A stretch of DNA of 64,000 nucleotides from Octopus vulgaris. Taxonomy: Eukaryota. How positions within the stretch are numbered: the first letter of the stretch is position 1; every line of letters starts with the position of its first letter. Location of the stretch: NCBI GenBank assembly GCA_951406725.2, contig OX597836.1:17050001-17114000 (forward strand), in the 5' to 3' direction. This document shows positions 26,260 to 38,959 of the stretch, one piece after another. The translations under genes were made by a program, and so were the position numbers. The notes below the pieces were generated by a model. It was given only the letters and a program-made list of their open reading frames with translations. It made no database searches and was not told where the DNA came from.

Positions 26260-26807
26260 TTCATATTGCCTTGGTTTCAGAGGTGAGGAATACACTGATA
26301 TATTCAGACCAGTTGTCCCGTTTTGGTTGTTATAGTCATGACATCTTAACAGTTGAGCCCTCTGGCTTTCTTTCTCGTAGGCGCCTACCATATATGGTAA
26401 TGCTCTTGGAATCTCAAACCAACTCCTTTATTAAACCTATGGGGGTGGGAATTGTTAGAACATTCTCTCTCTCTCTCTCTCTCTCACACGTAAAAAGCAC
26501 CAACCAATTGTGGACGTTGCCAGCCTCCTCTGGCCCCTCTGCTGGTGGCACATAAAAAGCACCCACTACATTCACAGAGTGGTTGGTGTTAGGAAGGGCA
26601 TCCAGCTGTAGAAACACTGCCAGATCAGACTGGAGTCTGGTGCAGCCCCCTGGCTTCCCAGACCCCGGTTGAACCGTCCAACCCATGCTAGCATGGAAAG
26701 CGGACGTTAAACGATGAAGATGATGATATATGCAAATACACATTTATACAAGTGTTCTAGATATCCAAACACAAATATATTTTGGTGTCTGTATATAGAT
26801 ATATATA

Positions 26808-27100
26808 CACTCAAAATGCTGAACCTTACGAAAAAGAAGACAGAGGACTGAGATATGTGGCGCATTGCTGTACTGGAGAAAACCTGCCCTTCACACCAGA
26901 ATTGAGATCCTAAAATCAAGGTGCCACATAAAAAGCACCCAGTACACTCCGTGGAGTGGTTGGCATTAAGAAGGGCATCCAGCCACAGAAACCAAGCCAA
27001 ACCAGACTATAAAACCTGATGTGGCTCCTGGCCCTGACCAGTTTTGTGTCAAGCAGTCCAATCCATGCCAGCATGGATGTTAAATGATGATGATAATGAT
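26808..27100 (+). mobile_element. RTE-clade LINE 3' end
   Basis: LKMLNLTKKKTED*DMWRIAVLEKT followed by the same 3'UTR and (GAT)n tail. Confidence 0.75.
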
Positions 27101-27287
27101 GGTATAAATATCTATATATGCTTAAATGTATTTGTTTTCTCAAATAAATCGTACTTCATGTTTGAGGCTTGGATGAAATTGTAAGGTGTTGCTTAGGCAC
27201 TCAACTACAAATCCACTGCATCTTATAGCAGAAACAGCTGTAAGCCAATGAAGTCGATAAGAGAATCGTTTATTCCTTTCTTATCTC

Positions 27288-27319
<32 letters not shown>

Positions 27320-27323
27320 GGAT

Positions 27324-27611
27324 GGAGGCGCAATGGCCCAGTGGTTAGGGCAGCGGACTCGCGGTTGTAGGATCGCAGTTTCGATTCCCAGACCGGGCGT
27401 TGTGAGTGTTTATTGAGCGAAATCACCTAAAGCTCCATGAGGCTCCGGCAGGAGGTGGTGGCAATCCCTGCTGTACTCTTTCGCCACAACTTTCTTCTGT
27501 TGGCCTGCTCACTTAGCCAGCGGGGTGGCGTCATTTGGAGGCTAAAACAATGCGAAGTGCATTGTGACCAGTGATGTGTAGCAACATCTGATAGCCTGGT
27601 CGGTCACGGTG
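27324..27611 (+). mobile_element. tRNA(Arg)-like SINE family C (probably octopus OR type); variant sharing the 3' tail at 29507-29763
   Basis: ggaggcgcaatggcccagtggttagggcagcggactcgcgg...tttcgattccc tRNA-like head; inserted in (TA)n. Confidence 0.8.
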
Positions 27612-28269
27612 ATATATATATAAATACATACACATAATATTCACCTTATTCATTATTCTACAACCTGGGATGTCACTAGTTTGTTACACTTCAAGCAGAG
27701 AAAACATCATCATCAACACCTGTCCTCTTGCTGGCATAGGTTGAATAATTGAACTGGAGGTGGCAAGTCAGAGGGCTACATCAAGCTCCAATATCTGCTT
27801 TGGCATGATTTCTTTGGCTGGATGACTTTCCTAATGCCAACCTATATATATATATTATTTAAAAGAAATTGATTCGGTTCCATGCAACTTAAAGCTTCAC
27901 ACGCCTCTAACAAAAGCTTTAGATTAAGCAATCTAAAGCCTGAAGGAACTTGCACCCTCTAGATAAACAACTACCCTTAACTCTTAATCAACACCTACTT
28001 TTTACTAGTCCATTGTCTTGTAGGACCATCAGGGAATAGAAATTTTTCTAAATCAAAACCCCAGTCCTGTAATGGTCCTGCTACATAACAAAAATGAATG
28101 CTCAAAGAAGGGCTTAGAATTTTCTCCTTCATGTTAGATATTCCCTCACTTCCTTCAAAATGAAGGTAAGGTTGGTTCTTGAGATATGAATTTCAGGCTC
28201 GGCTCACTGATGCAGGTTCAATGTGGTACTGTGTGTTACAATAAGCTAAGAGTTAACCAAGGTAGAACA

Positions 28270-29110
28270 TTAAGTCCTTTAGCATTTAAACCAACCATAT
28301 TGGGCCCAAGTATTCTACCTATATTTTATGTTCAAACCGTCAAGATCCAGCCTCTTACACCTACCATATAATGTCATTTCATGGCCGGTGGCAGGTAAAA
28401 GCACCCACAACACTCTCGGAGTGGTTGGCGTTAGGAAGGGCATCCAGCTGTAGATTCTGCCAGATCAAGACTGGAGCTTGGTGCAGCCATCTGGTTCGCC
28501 AGCCCTCAGTCAAACCGTCCAACCCATGCTAGCATGGAAAGCGAACGTTAAATGACAACGACGACATCACCAAAATCACAAGCATAAGAGATTACACAGG
28601 ATTAATTCAAAACAGTGTGAATAAAAAGGCATCTGAATGCAAAGGGTTAAACATACAAACATAACAATAAAAGAAGTTAGGTTTGATCCTTTAGCACTTA
28701 GATTACTCTGTCAAGTGTAAAGCTTATCCAACCCCTTAGCATTTAAACAAGCCATATTCCAGACTAAATATTTTACCTGTATAATATTCAAATCATCCAG
28801 ATAGGGCCCTTTAACACCTGACCTAAAATATCCTTCTAAAACCAAAGAGTCACATCATTGAAATCTGGAAGCTAAGAAGATAATGCATGATTAATTCAAA
28901 GCAGTGTGAACAAATAAATATTAAATTTGACAGAATAATCTGAAATCTCAAGGGTTAATCGCATTGTCTTGAATTAATCTTGTAGCTTCAAGATTTTTAT
29001 GATGTGGTTGTTTATTTTTAGGGTGACATTGTCGGGTAGGTGTGAGAGGCCAGAACTGATCATTTTGAACATAAAACAGGAATATTATTTCGGTTTATGC
29101 TGATGGGTTA
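28270..29110. mobile_element. Cluster of a second TTAA-flanked MITE family (CCCTTTAGCAT...ATGCTAAAGGG); related copy at ~250-433
   Basis: Repeated termini cc(t)ttagcatttaaa / aagggttaa and shared internal gattaattcaaa(a/g)cagtgtgaa. One copy is split by a LINE tail at 28380-28567. Confidence 0.55.
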
Positions 29111-29781
29111 AAATACCTTATTTGCACTACTTAATTGTTGTAGGGGACAGATAAGACAGTAAACTTCAGCATTGGTTAAGTGGAGTAGTTTAGCTAAACT
29201 AATACAGGTAACCACAGAGGATGCAGGTTCAATCCCCCAAAGCATCACAAGTTGTAGAATAATAAAGAGAACATTCCCGGAACTGTGGACAATGGAATGA
29301 GATCAGAGTAACCCTCTAAGGATTCAATAAAGGGTTTTGTTGGAAATTCCAAGAACATAGCTGAACACAACAGGAACCTGAAAAAGGTCAGAAGGTGCAA
29401 CAGAGGGAAGACTGGACTATTTCAACTAAAATAAGGACACCAGTTCCAAAATATCAATGTATAATGTATATGTATGTATATAAATATATATGTATGTGTG
29501 TGTGTGAAGGTGCGTGGCCTAGTGGTTAGGCTGTTGCACTCATGATTGACAGATCTTGGGTTCGATTCCATGACTTGGCAGCGCATTGTCTTCTTGAGCA
29601 AAACACTTCATTTCACGTTGCTCCAGTCCCCCCACCTTTTTTTTTTTTTATTAGGGGGCAATGTTAGCCAGCAGGCTGGTGTCATTTGAAGACTCAAACA
29701 ATGCAAAAAGTGCATTGTGACCAGTGATGTGTAACAACATCTGATAGCCTGGTCTGTCATGTGATATATATATGTGTGTGT

Positions 29782-29832
<51 letters not shown>

Positions 29833-30136
29833 CATACACATATACGGTGTCCCAGCATGACTGCAGTCCAATGACTGAGATCAGTAAACAATAAAGGATG
29901 TATATATATATATATATATATATATGTAGGTCCCGGTTGATTCGGGGTTAACCACAGTAAGTAAGGTACTCAATACATAGCAGAGTAAAATTAATTTATT
30001 ATATAGAAGGAGCTTTACAGGACTAGTACTGTTTCATTCAAGAGAAATCTTCAGGAAGATTTCTGAAGATTTCTCTGAATGAAACAGTAGAAGCTCCTGT
30101 AGTCCTGTAGTCCTGTAGTCCTGTAGAAGCTCCTTC

Positions 30137-30216
<80 letters not shown>

Positions 30217-30831
30217 GTACTTAGGTATGTATCAGTGTTTGAGTGTGTATATGTAAATGTCTATGAAAGCTCTGATGAAAAATTAATACTGAATTTGGTA
30301 ATTTTTTTTATAACATGGTAATCTGGAGTGTGTATATATTTATATAGGTGAGTGTATATATGGATATTATATATACTTATATGTGTCTGTGTGTATGTGC
30401 TGTGTACATGTTTTTCAACTCATAAATAATATATATGCAATCACACATTGACATAAAAGTGTACCTTTTGGTGTGTGTATATTTTATATATATAATATAT
30501 ATATATATGTTAACATACACACACCTTGCTGCCCATATGTCGACACACACACAAATAGGACAAGATGTTCAAATAGTAGCCCCCCCCCAATCACACCACA
30601 CCACACACTCACTCACTCACATGTGCACAGTCACACTCAAATGTAGATCATACAAGTACACTCTGCGGGATATATGCAAATACATGTTTATACATGTGTG
30701 CCAGACCAGATATCATACATATTTTGTTGGCAGCTGCTTATATAAATATATGATTGATTCTAGTTTCAGCTCACGAGCTGTGGCCATGCTGGGGCACCGC
30801 ATAAGGGTGTCCACATAGTGGTTTCCCTCTA

Positions 30832-30873
<42 letters not shown>

Positions 30874-30926
30874 TATACCTACACTTACACATCTCATACA
30901 GAAATGTGTGTTGGTGCATGTATACA

Positions 30927-30977
<51 letters not shown>

Positions 30978-31154
30978 CATACATGTACATATATATATGT
31001 GTGTGTGTGTATATAAAATCATATATGTATATATATACATGTACATATATATAGGTGTGTATATATAATTATATATATGTATGTACATATATATATGTGT
31101 GTATATATAATTATATATATGTGTATATATATATATATATGTACGTATATGTGT

Positions 31155-31185
<31 letters not shown>

Positions 31186-31759
31186 ATTATATATGTATAT
31201 ACACACACAAACACTAAATAATACATATAGCTTTTCTTCACCTTGTTAAATGCATGCATGCACAAATGATATACAATTACCTTTTGTCTATACACACACA
31301 CACACATATATATATATAAGCATACACTTTGTTTTGGTTCCTGAAAAGCTTGCTGTAATATAAAACCAATTCCCCATTAAACTTCCGTAGTACCACAGGA
31401 GTTTAATGGGAAATTGATTCCACAGGACGATATTCCACGTCACACTGAGATTTTCAAGAATGCAATATTTCTCTAACTTAGAGAATACATGCATATACAT
31501 ACAGATATATATATATATATTTAAAATGAGGGTGAGAAATTAGATATTAATTTAATTAACATCGATTTCTTGAGAACATTTCTTAGTGGTAAGACCATAG
31601 CGGATCTATTTCTAGCATAAGGGTGTCCACATAGTGGTTTCCCTCTAATATGTATATATATATACGTACACATGCTATACCTACACTTACACATCTCATA
31701 CAGAAATGAGTGTTAGTACATGTATACAATATATATATACATACACACACATATATATT

Positions 31760-31791
<32 letters not shown>

Positions 31792-31861
31792 CAAACATAC
31801 ATAATATGTATATAACATATATAGGCTATCTTTTGATATGAATCTTAGAAATTGATTGCCC

Positions 31862-31908
<47 letters not shown>

Positions 31909-32427
31909 ATATATATAAAATATACACACAGAAATATGTATATCTATGTATTGAATGCATCTATGCATATAACATGTAGATGCAAATGTATATTAATGCG
32001 AGTGAGTGCATAAGTTTGCATAAATGTGTATGCGTGTATATATACATATGTATCCACAAGATGAACATAGAAATGCAAATGTGTGTGTGTATACATACAT
32101 ACACATTTTATATATATATATTTATATATATACATACACACATAGGAGCGGGTACTGAAAAGTTGCTGGCTTTAAGGGCTTTGCAAAAGGGTTGGTTGGA
32201 AGTCCAACCTTCTGAGTTCTTTTATGGGGCTTGGGAAAACTGAAGAACTGTTGCAATAAATGTGTGAATCTGAGAGGGAAATATGTTGAATAAATTCATA
32301 ATTAACAGATCGTCTTGTATTTTCTTTTACCCAAAGCCATCAACTTTTCAGCACCCCCTTGTGTGTGTATATATATGTATATATATATATATGTATGCAT
32401 GTATGTATATATATATGTATGCATGTA

Positions 32428-32480
<53 letters not shown>

Positions 32481-33561
32481 TAACCAGTGTATATATATAT
32501 GTATATATATATTAACCAGTGTGTATGTTAGTGTATGTCAGAACATTGTTACATAGGAAAAAGGGAAAGATTAAAACTTGTTAACATTTTTTTTTTTTTC
32601 TGCTCAGATAAATATTCCACTCACTGTTTCGTTGTTGTTTACATGTAGCCATGACAACAAATCCTTTGTGTAGGGAACAGTTTAGGGGGGGTGGTCAGGA
32701 AAAAAAGCAAAAAAAAAAAAAAAAAAAAAAAATCCTGACCACCACCACCACCAAAGTCAACAATTTTCTTTGTACAGTTTTGGGTTTCATTCTCCTTTTT
32801 TTTTTTTCTGCTCCCAGCCCCTTTTTTCCTCATAGTTTTACAGTTCAATAATGTTGTTCCTCAGCCTCATTGCTCTGCTTGCCCTCCAAGCCCCCCTTTA
32901 AAATATTCTTCTTTTAAACCCCTCCCTCCCACCTTTAAATATCACATCAGTTTATTTAGATGTGTAGGTGAAAATGCGTTGTGTATATACATACATACAT
33001 ACACATGCACTTGCATGCGTATAGAGTTGTAGATATGTAACCTCACAATTGTAGCAGTCTTTTTTCCATGTAATTTGTGTTGTGTATATATATATATATA
33101 CATACATACATATATATGTATAAATATATATATATATACATCCATACATTCATACCTATGAAAATAATATTTTATACACATGCATATAAATGTATGCATA
33201 TATATGTGCGTTTATATATTATGTGTGTGCGTATATAATGTGTCTCTGTCTGCAACATTTATATATATATATACATACATACATATATATATATACCTAC
33301 ATACATATATATATATATATAGTTATACATAAATATATGTATCAGTCTTTTATATATTTTTAAAAGATTTTACACACACATTGTTACGTATATGTTGAGG
33401 TATATGTGTAAAGTTATGTATATACAGATATGTATACATGTATGTGTGCATGTGTGTATATGTGGCTGTATATATGCATGTGTATGAGGAATGAGTCGAT
33501 GAATGTATATGATTATGAGATGTCAAAAACAGTAAAGGTCCTCCCCCCCTGCTGGTCACTT

Positions 33562-36348
33562 TCATTTGACCAGTCCAGCTTTTTTGGCCTCTGTCTCATA
33601 TATCAACAGTCTCCACATCTTGACCACAAACACCTCTGCTTCCTCGTCCAGTACCATTGCTACATCGTTGAGAATGTTGGCAGGGGTGCTACGGCCCACC
33701 ACTTTCTGGCAGATGAATTCCGTGAGGGTTGCTTCTTCTTCTCCGATGTATTCGACAATCTTTTTATTAACCCAGGGTTTGATGCGTTTATCCATGAGGA
33801 CCTGGTCGACGATGCTCCAGTCGAGGGAGTAGGCAAATAGTTCCTCCTTGCCGGTCGGAATCTGTTCGATGAGTTGTTTGATCTGTTGTCGTTTCTCTTC
33901 TATGGAGGTGGCCGCCTTTTTCTCGGATTTTTCTTCCTCGTAGTCCAGCGGCACGAGCTTGCGTTTACGCTGCGAGGCCTCCGAGCAATAGTCGTCTTGG
34001 CCAAACACATCTCCGATAGTGATTTTTTTCCGCTTTGTGTTAGACAAATCGTTGGGACTGTCAGAGGTGCGTAGCTTCATGGCGTTGAACCCAATCTTCG
34101 TGGTAACCTCTTCTTTCACAGCCGGACTGAAAACTGGTTGGGTGTTCATGATTCTGGCAGGACCCGCATTACTGTTATTGTTTTTGTTGTAGCTGTTACC
34201 AGCATCAATTTCCGCATCTTCTCTTTCGCTCCCGCTGTCTCGATCGTCGCACTTTCCATCGGCACCAGTTTTTGAGATCTTTCCCTTTCTTTCAGTCTGC
34301 GACAAACTGTTCGAATGGGAATTATTTACTTTTGAGGTGACAAGTTTCAAAGTGGCCTGCATGCGGGGCAGGGTTGATTTCGAGTCTTCAGATTTCTGTT
34401 CCCGCTTATGCGAAGTGGTTGGGGAGTTGTGACGCAGTTTGGGTTCTGGTAAGGGGGGAAGTAAGTGCAGTCGAGGTTTCAAATGCTCGTCTCTCTCTCG
34501 TTCCATTTTCGCAATTTCACCGTCGGGGTCAGCATGACCTTCTTCCATTAATCTTCGCCTAATTTCTTCCAGCTCTTCCTTCTCTCGTTGTCGGTCCCTT
34601 GCGTCGTTTTCCTTCTCTTTTTCTCGTTCTTTCAGCCGTCTGGATAAAGCGCTGCCTCGGTAAAACTTAGGGTCATCCCTTAGGTCATCATAATCTTCCA
34701 AAAACTCTTTCAGCCTCCGTGCCTCTTTACTTTCCTCACACTTCCGAGCCTCTTCTCGATCTTTCTCTTTCTCATATTCCTTACTCTTCTTCCGTTCCCG
34801 GGCTTCCCAGTTCCGTAATCTCTCCTGGTACGCCGCCTCTTTCTCACGCAATTTCTTCTCCAGTTTCCTCCTCTCGTAAGCCTCCTCTTCGTCCTCAAGG
34901 TCCCAATCTCTTCCTCGTTTGTCTCCGTCTTTCGATCTTTCGCGCGATCTGTCACACGACCTTTCGCGAGAGCTGTCTCTCGACCGGTCCCTGCGCGATC
35001 TCGAGCGTGACCTTGACCGGGAGCAAGATCGCGACATACTCCTCGACCAGCTGCGTTCCCTGTGTTCCCGTTCGTAAACCTTCCCCTTGCGCATCTTCTC
35101 CCTTCGCACGCGTTCGTCGTGAGCACGTCTATCTCGCTCTCGATGCCTCGACTTCTCACTGCTTTCATCTTCCTTGTGCAAATCTCGGAAACTCTTTATC
35201 TCACGGTTAATTATTTCCTTCTTCTCTTCTTCCAGCTCCATATCGTCCAAACCTTTATCGGCCTGCACCTTTTCCTCTTTACTCTTCTTCTGAGCCTGTT
35301 TGGCCTCCTTCTCTTGATCAACAGGTGGCTCTTTTGCAAGTTCCTCAGCATAGTCTCGCATGATTGCTTCCAAGCCGGCTCTCGTCACACAGTCTTCTCT
35401 CATGGTTATCTGATCCAAATCATTGACCCTAGCTTCCTTGCTAACTTGTTCCTGATATCGTTCTTCAGTTTCTTCGGCTGGAAGTTTTTCCGATTCTGTC
35501 GACGGTTTCTCCGATTCTTTTAGAGATTTCTCTGTTGTTGATGATGGAGATTTCCCAGTTTTATTACTCGCATCCTCAGAACCACTCGCAGACTCCTTGC
35601 TCCTCTCTCCATCACCTTTCTCTTTGGTTTCTGTCTCATCTTTGGAGGTGGTCACTTTTGGAGTTGTCTCTTTTGAAGATGATTTCTTCTGGCTCTGGTT
35701 CTGCTCTAACCATTTATTAAGCTCAACTTTCTTCTTAGCTTTGTATTCATCCAGCAGCGCTTTGGTTTTGGCATCGACTTTGACGACAAGTTTCTTGTCA
35801 TTAATCTGCCATTCGTTTAAAAGACGAATACACCTTAATGTAGACTCGGGCTCCTCGTACTCACAGAATCCGAAACCCTGTAACTTCCCCGAAGCACCCT
35901 GGACTCTTTTCCAGCTAAGAATGTTCCCGCATCGTTGTAACATTTCCCTGATCATTGTATCAGGCGACCGCTCGCTTATGTTGCCCACAAACACCGTGGT
36001 CACGGGCGGCTTCTCTTCTTTCGTAAATAATTCTGTCTTTGGAATCTCCTGAGGGATCAGCTTCTTGTGATTCTGCTGAAGATGTTTTTGGCCGGAATTG
36101 AACATGGGAGTTGTGGCAGAGGTGATGGAAAGATGATGGGTGGACGAAGACGACACTGAGGGAACAGCGGCGGCCAGGGCCGCAACAGCTGTTGTAGTGG
36201 ACGTTATGATGGGCCTCATGACGGAGGCTGGCGGGATCATACTCACACCCATTGGAACCATCCCCATGGGTGTGAAAGTGTAACTCTGTGTCATCATGCC
36301 TGGCGCCATGTGAGGCAAGCCTATAGGAGGACCAGGCGGAAACGACAT
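33562..36348 (-). CDS. RBM25: RNA-binding protein 25 homolog (splicing factor), single-exon CDS, 928 aa
   Basis: Uninterrupted 2787-nt ORF. Pro/Met-rich N-terminus MSFPPGPP; RRM with RNP2 TVFVGNI and RNP1 QGFGFCEY (LSWKRVQGASGKLQGFGFCEY); RE/RD/RS-rich middle (YERRKLEKKLREKEAAYQERLRNWEARE; EFLEDYDDLRDDPKFYRGSAL); C-terminal PWI domain (IKPWVNKKIVEYIGEEEATL...VLDEEAEVFVVKMWRLLIYE). Start context ACC-ATG. Confidence 0.97.
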   Translation of the reverse strand: MSFPPGPPIGLPHMAPGMMTQSYTFTPMGMVPMGVSMIPPASVMRPIITSTTTAVAALAAAVPSVSSSSTHHLSITSATTPMFNSGQKHLQQNHKKLIPQEIPKTELFTKEEKPPVTTVFVGNISERSPDTMIREMLQRCGNILSWKRVQGASGKLQGFGFCEYEEPESTLRCIRLLNEWQINDKKLVVKVDAKTKALLDEYKAKKKVELNKWLEQNQSQKKSSSKETTPKVTTSKDETETKEKGDGERSKESASGSEDASNKTGKSPSSTTEKSLKESEKPSTESEKLPAEETEERYQEQVSKEARVNDLDQITMREDCVTRAGLEAIMRDYAEELAKEPPVDQEKEAKQAQKKSKEEKVQADKGLDDMELEEEKKEIINREIKSFRDLHKEDESSEKSRHRERDRRAHDERVRREKMRKGKVYEREHRERSWSRSMSRSCSRSRSRSRSRRDRSRDSSRERSCDRSRERSKDGDKRGRDWDLEDEEEAYERRKLEKKLREKEAAYQERLRNWEARERKKSKEYEKEKDREEARKCEESKEARRLKEFLEDYDDLRDDPKFYRGSALSRRLKEREKEKENDARDRQREKEELEEIRRRLMEEGHADPDGEIAKMERERDEHLKPRLHLLPPLPEPKLRHNSPTTSHKREQKSEDSKSTLPRMQATLKLVTSKVNNSHSNSLSQTERKGKISKTGADGKCDDRDSGSEREDAEIDAGNSYNKNNNSNAGPARIMNTQPVFSPAVKEEVTTKIGFNAMKLRTSDSPNDLSNTKRKKITIGDVFGQDDYCSEASQRKRKLVPLDYEEEKSEKKAATSIEEKRQQIKQLIEQIPTGKEELFAYSLDWSIVDQVLMDKRIKPWVNKKIVEYIGEEEATLTEFICQKVVGRSTPANILNDVAMVLDEEAEVFVVKMWRLLIYETEAKKAGLVK

Positions 36349-36361
36349 GGTAGTTATGTGT

Positions 36362-36532
36362 CTGTTAGGGAGATCGTAAACAATCGAGGAAAGAGATCAA
36401 AGGAATGTGAGGAGAGAGGTACTAACGAGAATGGTCGTGCCCCAACTATATTCCAACAAAACAACGTCTCTTTAAGGACACCATACAAGGAAGTGAGGGC
36501 AGCGAAAATCAATCCAGAAGAGAGAGAGACAG

Positions 36533-36563
<31 letters not shown>

Positions 36564-36635
36564 CAGAGAGAGAGAGACGAGGCCACCACTGCGAAGCGTT
36601 ACCGCTTTTCCCCTCCCCTCTTTCCTTCTACTCAC
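36362..36635 (-). other. RBM25: 5'UTR intron of RBM25 (GT-AG, 274 nt)
   Basis: Minus-strand donor TCG|GTGAGT at 36635. Pyrimidine-rich tract ending ...ctccctaaCAG at 36362, 13 nt upstream of the ATG. Confidence 0.75.
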
Positions 36636-37001
36636 CGACAGCAATTTTTCACAGCTTCAACACTTTTTTTTTTGTTAAGCAAGTCTTTCTACTATCATCA
36701 CCACCACTAACACCTTCAACATCGTTAACACCAACCACACTCTTTAAAAAAATTTTTTTCACTCCAACCCCCCCAGACGTTCATCTATTTTGAAAGCAGA
36801 TCAGATTTTCTCTTCGCTTCTGCATCTTTTTCTTTTAGTTTCTATTTTTATATCTATCATCGTCATCATCATCATCATCATCTTCAATAACAAGAAGAAC
36901 AAGAAAAAAGAGGAGGAGAAAAAGCAAACATAAGTCTTGTCGTCAGCATCATATCGATACCTCACCTTTCCCGCAAATAATTCTTGTTCAAAACCATGTT
37001 C

Positions 37002-37042
<41 letters not shown>

Positions 37043-37471
37043 AATATATATATATATTTGCGGGAGCTTGGTTTTATATTTGTATATATAATCCCTGCTG
37101 TTTCTTTTTTAAATTTCCTTTTTATGTTTCTTTTCACCTGTGGAAGCAAATGTTTACCGCATCTTTAAATTATTACGGTCCGGTTATTTTATAAATAAAC
37201 ACTCCACTTGTTTTTATATGCATGTATATATATAGAGACAATATATATACATGTAATTCAGTTTATTACGTAAAATCCCCCAGAAAGACGGTAGATAGTC
37301 ATGTGGTACGGTATGGTGTTATATTTTGCTTCTCTATGTATGTAAACGTATGTATATATAGCAATCGTAATCCTATGTGTTGTTGTTTCCTTGTGCAAAC
37401 ATCCAATGTGCTCCGTTTCACAATGTAAATCCAATGTGGTCCGTTACAAACCTTGCTTGTTATATATATAC

Positions 37472-37512
<41 letters not shown>

Positions 37513-37847
37513 CGCACAGTTCGGATAATTCCTTGTTAACGTATCTTGTTCTCCTTATTTTTGTTATTTTTTTCTTCTTTTTTTAAACTGTTTTCCTTTT
37601 TTTTTTTTTTTTTTTTAAAAAAAACAACAATATTTACATGGTTATTATTTATAGCTTTATGTGTTTCGAGATTCTGTTTTTCCAATATTTATACGTATAT
37701 CAGGTAATCAGTTCAAAACAAGACGATTCCTTTCGTTGCTACGTGTTATCCATCAATTTATCGGAAATCCCCCCGCGGGGGTGTATGTTTTTTTTTTTTA
37801 CTTTCCCCCTCTTTGCTTTTTAAAAAAAAAAAATCCAAATATGTATA

Positions 37848-37908
<61 letters not shown>

Positions 37909-38169
37909 TTATGTATGTATATATATATGTATATATATATATGTATGTATATATATATATGTATGTGTATATATATATATATATGTATGTATATATGTAT
38001 AATGTGTGTGTGTGTGTGTGTGTATATATAGCGTTGTTGTTTAAAATCCGTTATTTCCTGCTCCAACAATGAAATCCGTATCCGTAGTTTTACAAAAAAA
38101 AAAATAAACCTGCCGTATATATATATATATCTTCTACACACTTATTTCTGTTTATACATAAAAAAAATC

Positions 38170-38720
38170 TACGAGCAGCAGGCAAGGCAGTAAAGGTGGG
38201 CCGCCAACCGTGGCCCACGTAAAAACCTGGTCTTGGCCTAAATGCGTTACGGCAGCTCTCGACGTACACAATAACGTACAACGGAAGTCGTCAACTTCGG
38301 TGTCTTCTTTCACACGAGAGCGGAACTGACGCCATCACATACTTTCCAGTTGTCAACCATTTCCTTTTTTTCTCTCTCTCTCTTTCTCGTGAAATTTTAT
38401 TATATTTGCTGTTATTGTTATTGTTATTATCTCCTACAACGTCTGGCTATCATCTCCTTCTGCTTATGTGATTATATATTTCCTATAATGTCTCTCTGCC
38501 GTAGCAATTCATGTTTTTTTTTTTTGTCGTCTTCCCCCCACCTCCGTACTTTTCTTTCTTTAAACTTGGCGAGACACGATTTGACGTCACTTCCGGTCCG
38601 GTTTCGTTTTACCCTCCTCTCTCCTCCCCCTCCTCTGTCCTCTCTCTTCTCTCTTTCTTTCTCTCTCTCTTCCTTTTTTTTTTTTGCCTTTTTTCTTTCT
38701 ATACGACGCGGAAACGAAAA
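38170..38720. promoter_or_regulatory. CpG-rich promoter-like region upstream of RBM25 with overlapping ETS-CRE motif
   Basis: TGACGTCACTTCCGG at 38582-38596 (full CRE overlapping an ETS site), GCGGAACTGACGCCAT at 38320-38335 and CGGAAG at 38282. Non-repetitive, CpG-rich, bounded by (TA)n tracts. Confidence 0.6.
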
Positions 38721-38908
38721 GTCCTTATTTCTGTTTTTTCCACCCTGCACAATTCACCTTTTCCCCCCACCTCATCCTACTTCACCCACCCGTGTGTACG
38801 AGTGTGTGAGTGTATGTGTACACACACACACACACACACACACAATCATATACCAAAATGTAGACACTAACATATAATACATATATATGGGTTTACGTAT
38901 ATGTATGC

Positions 38909-38959
<51 letters not shown>

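Noticed and set aside
27324-27395. tRNA-like sequence (also 29507-29575 and the SINE-A heads)
   Set aside because: Continues into a SINE body and lacks a proper acceptor stem; SINE head, not a tRNA gene.
32586-32599. T-run as a possible retrogene poly(A) scar
   Set aside because: No adjacent AATAAA and no TSD; homopolymer runs are common here.
33430-36052. Plus-strand and alternate-frame ORFs overlapping RBM25
   Set aside because: Shadow ORFs of the real CDS.
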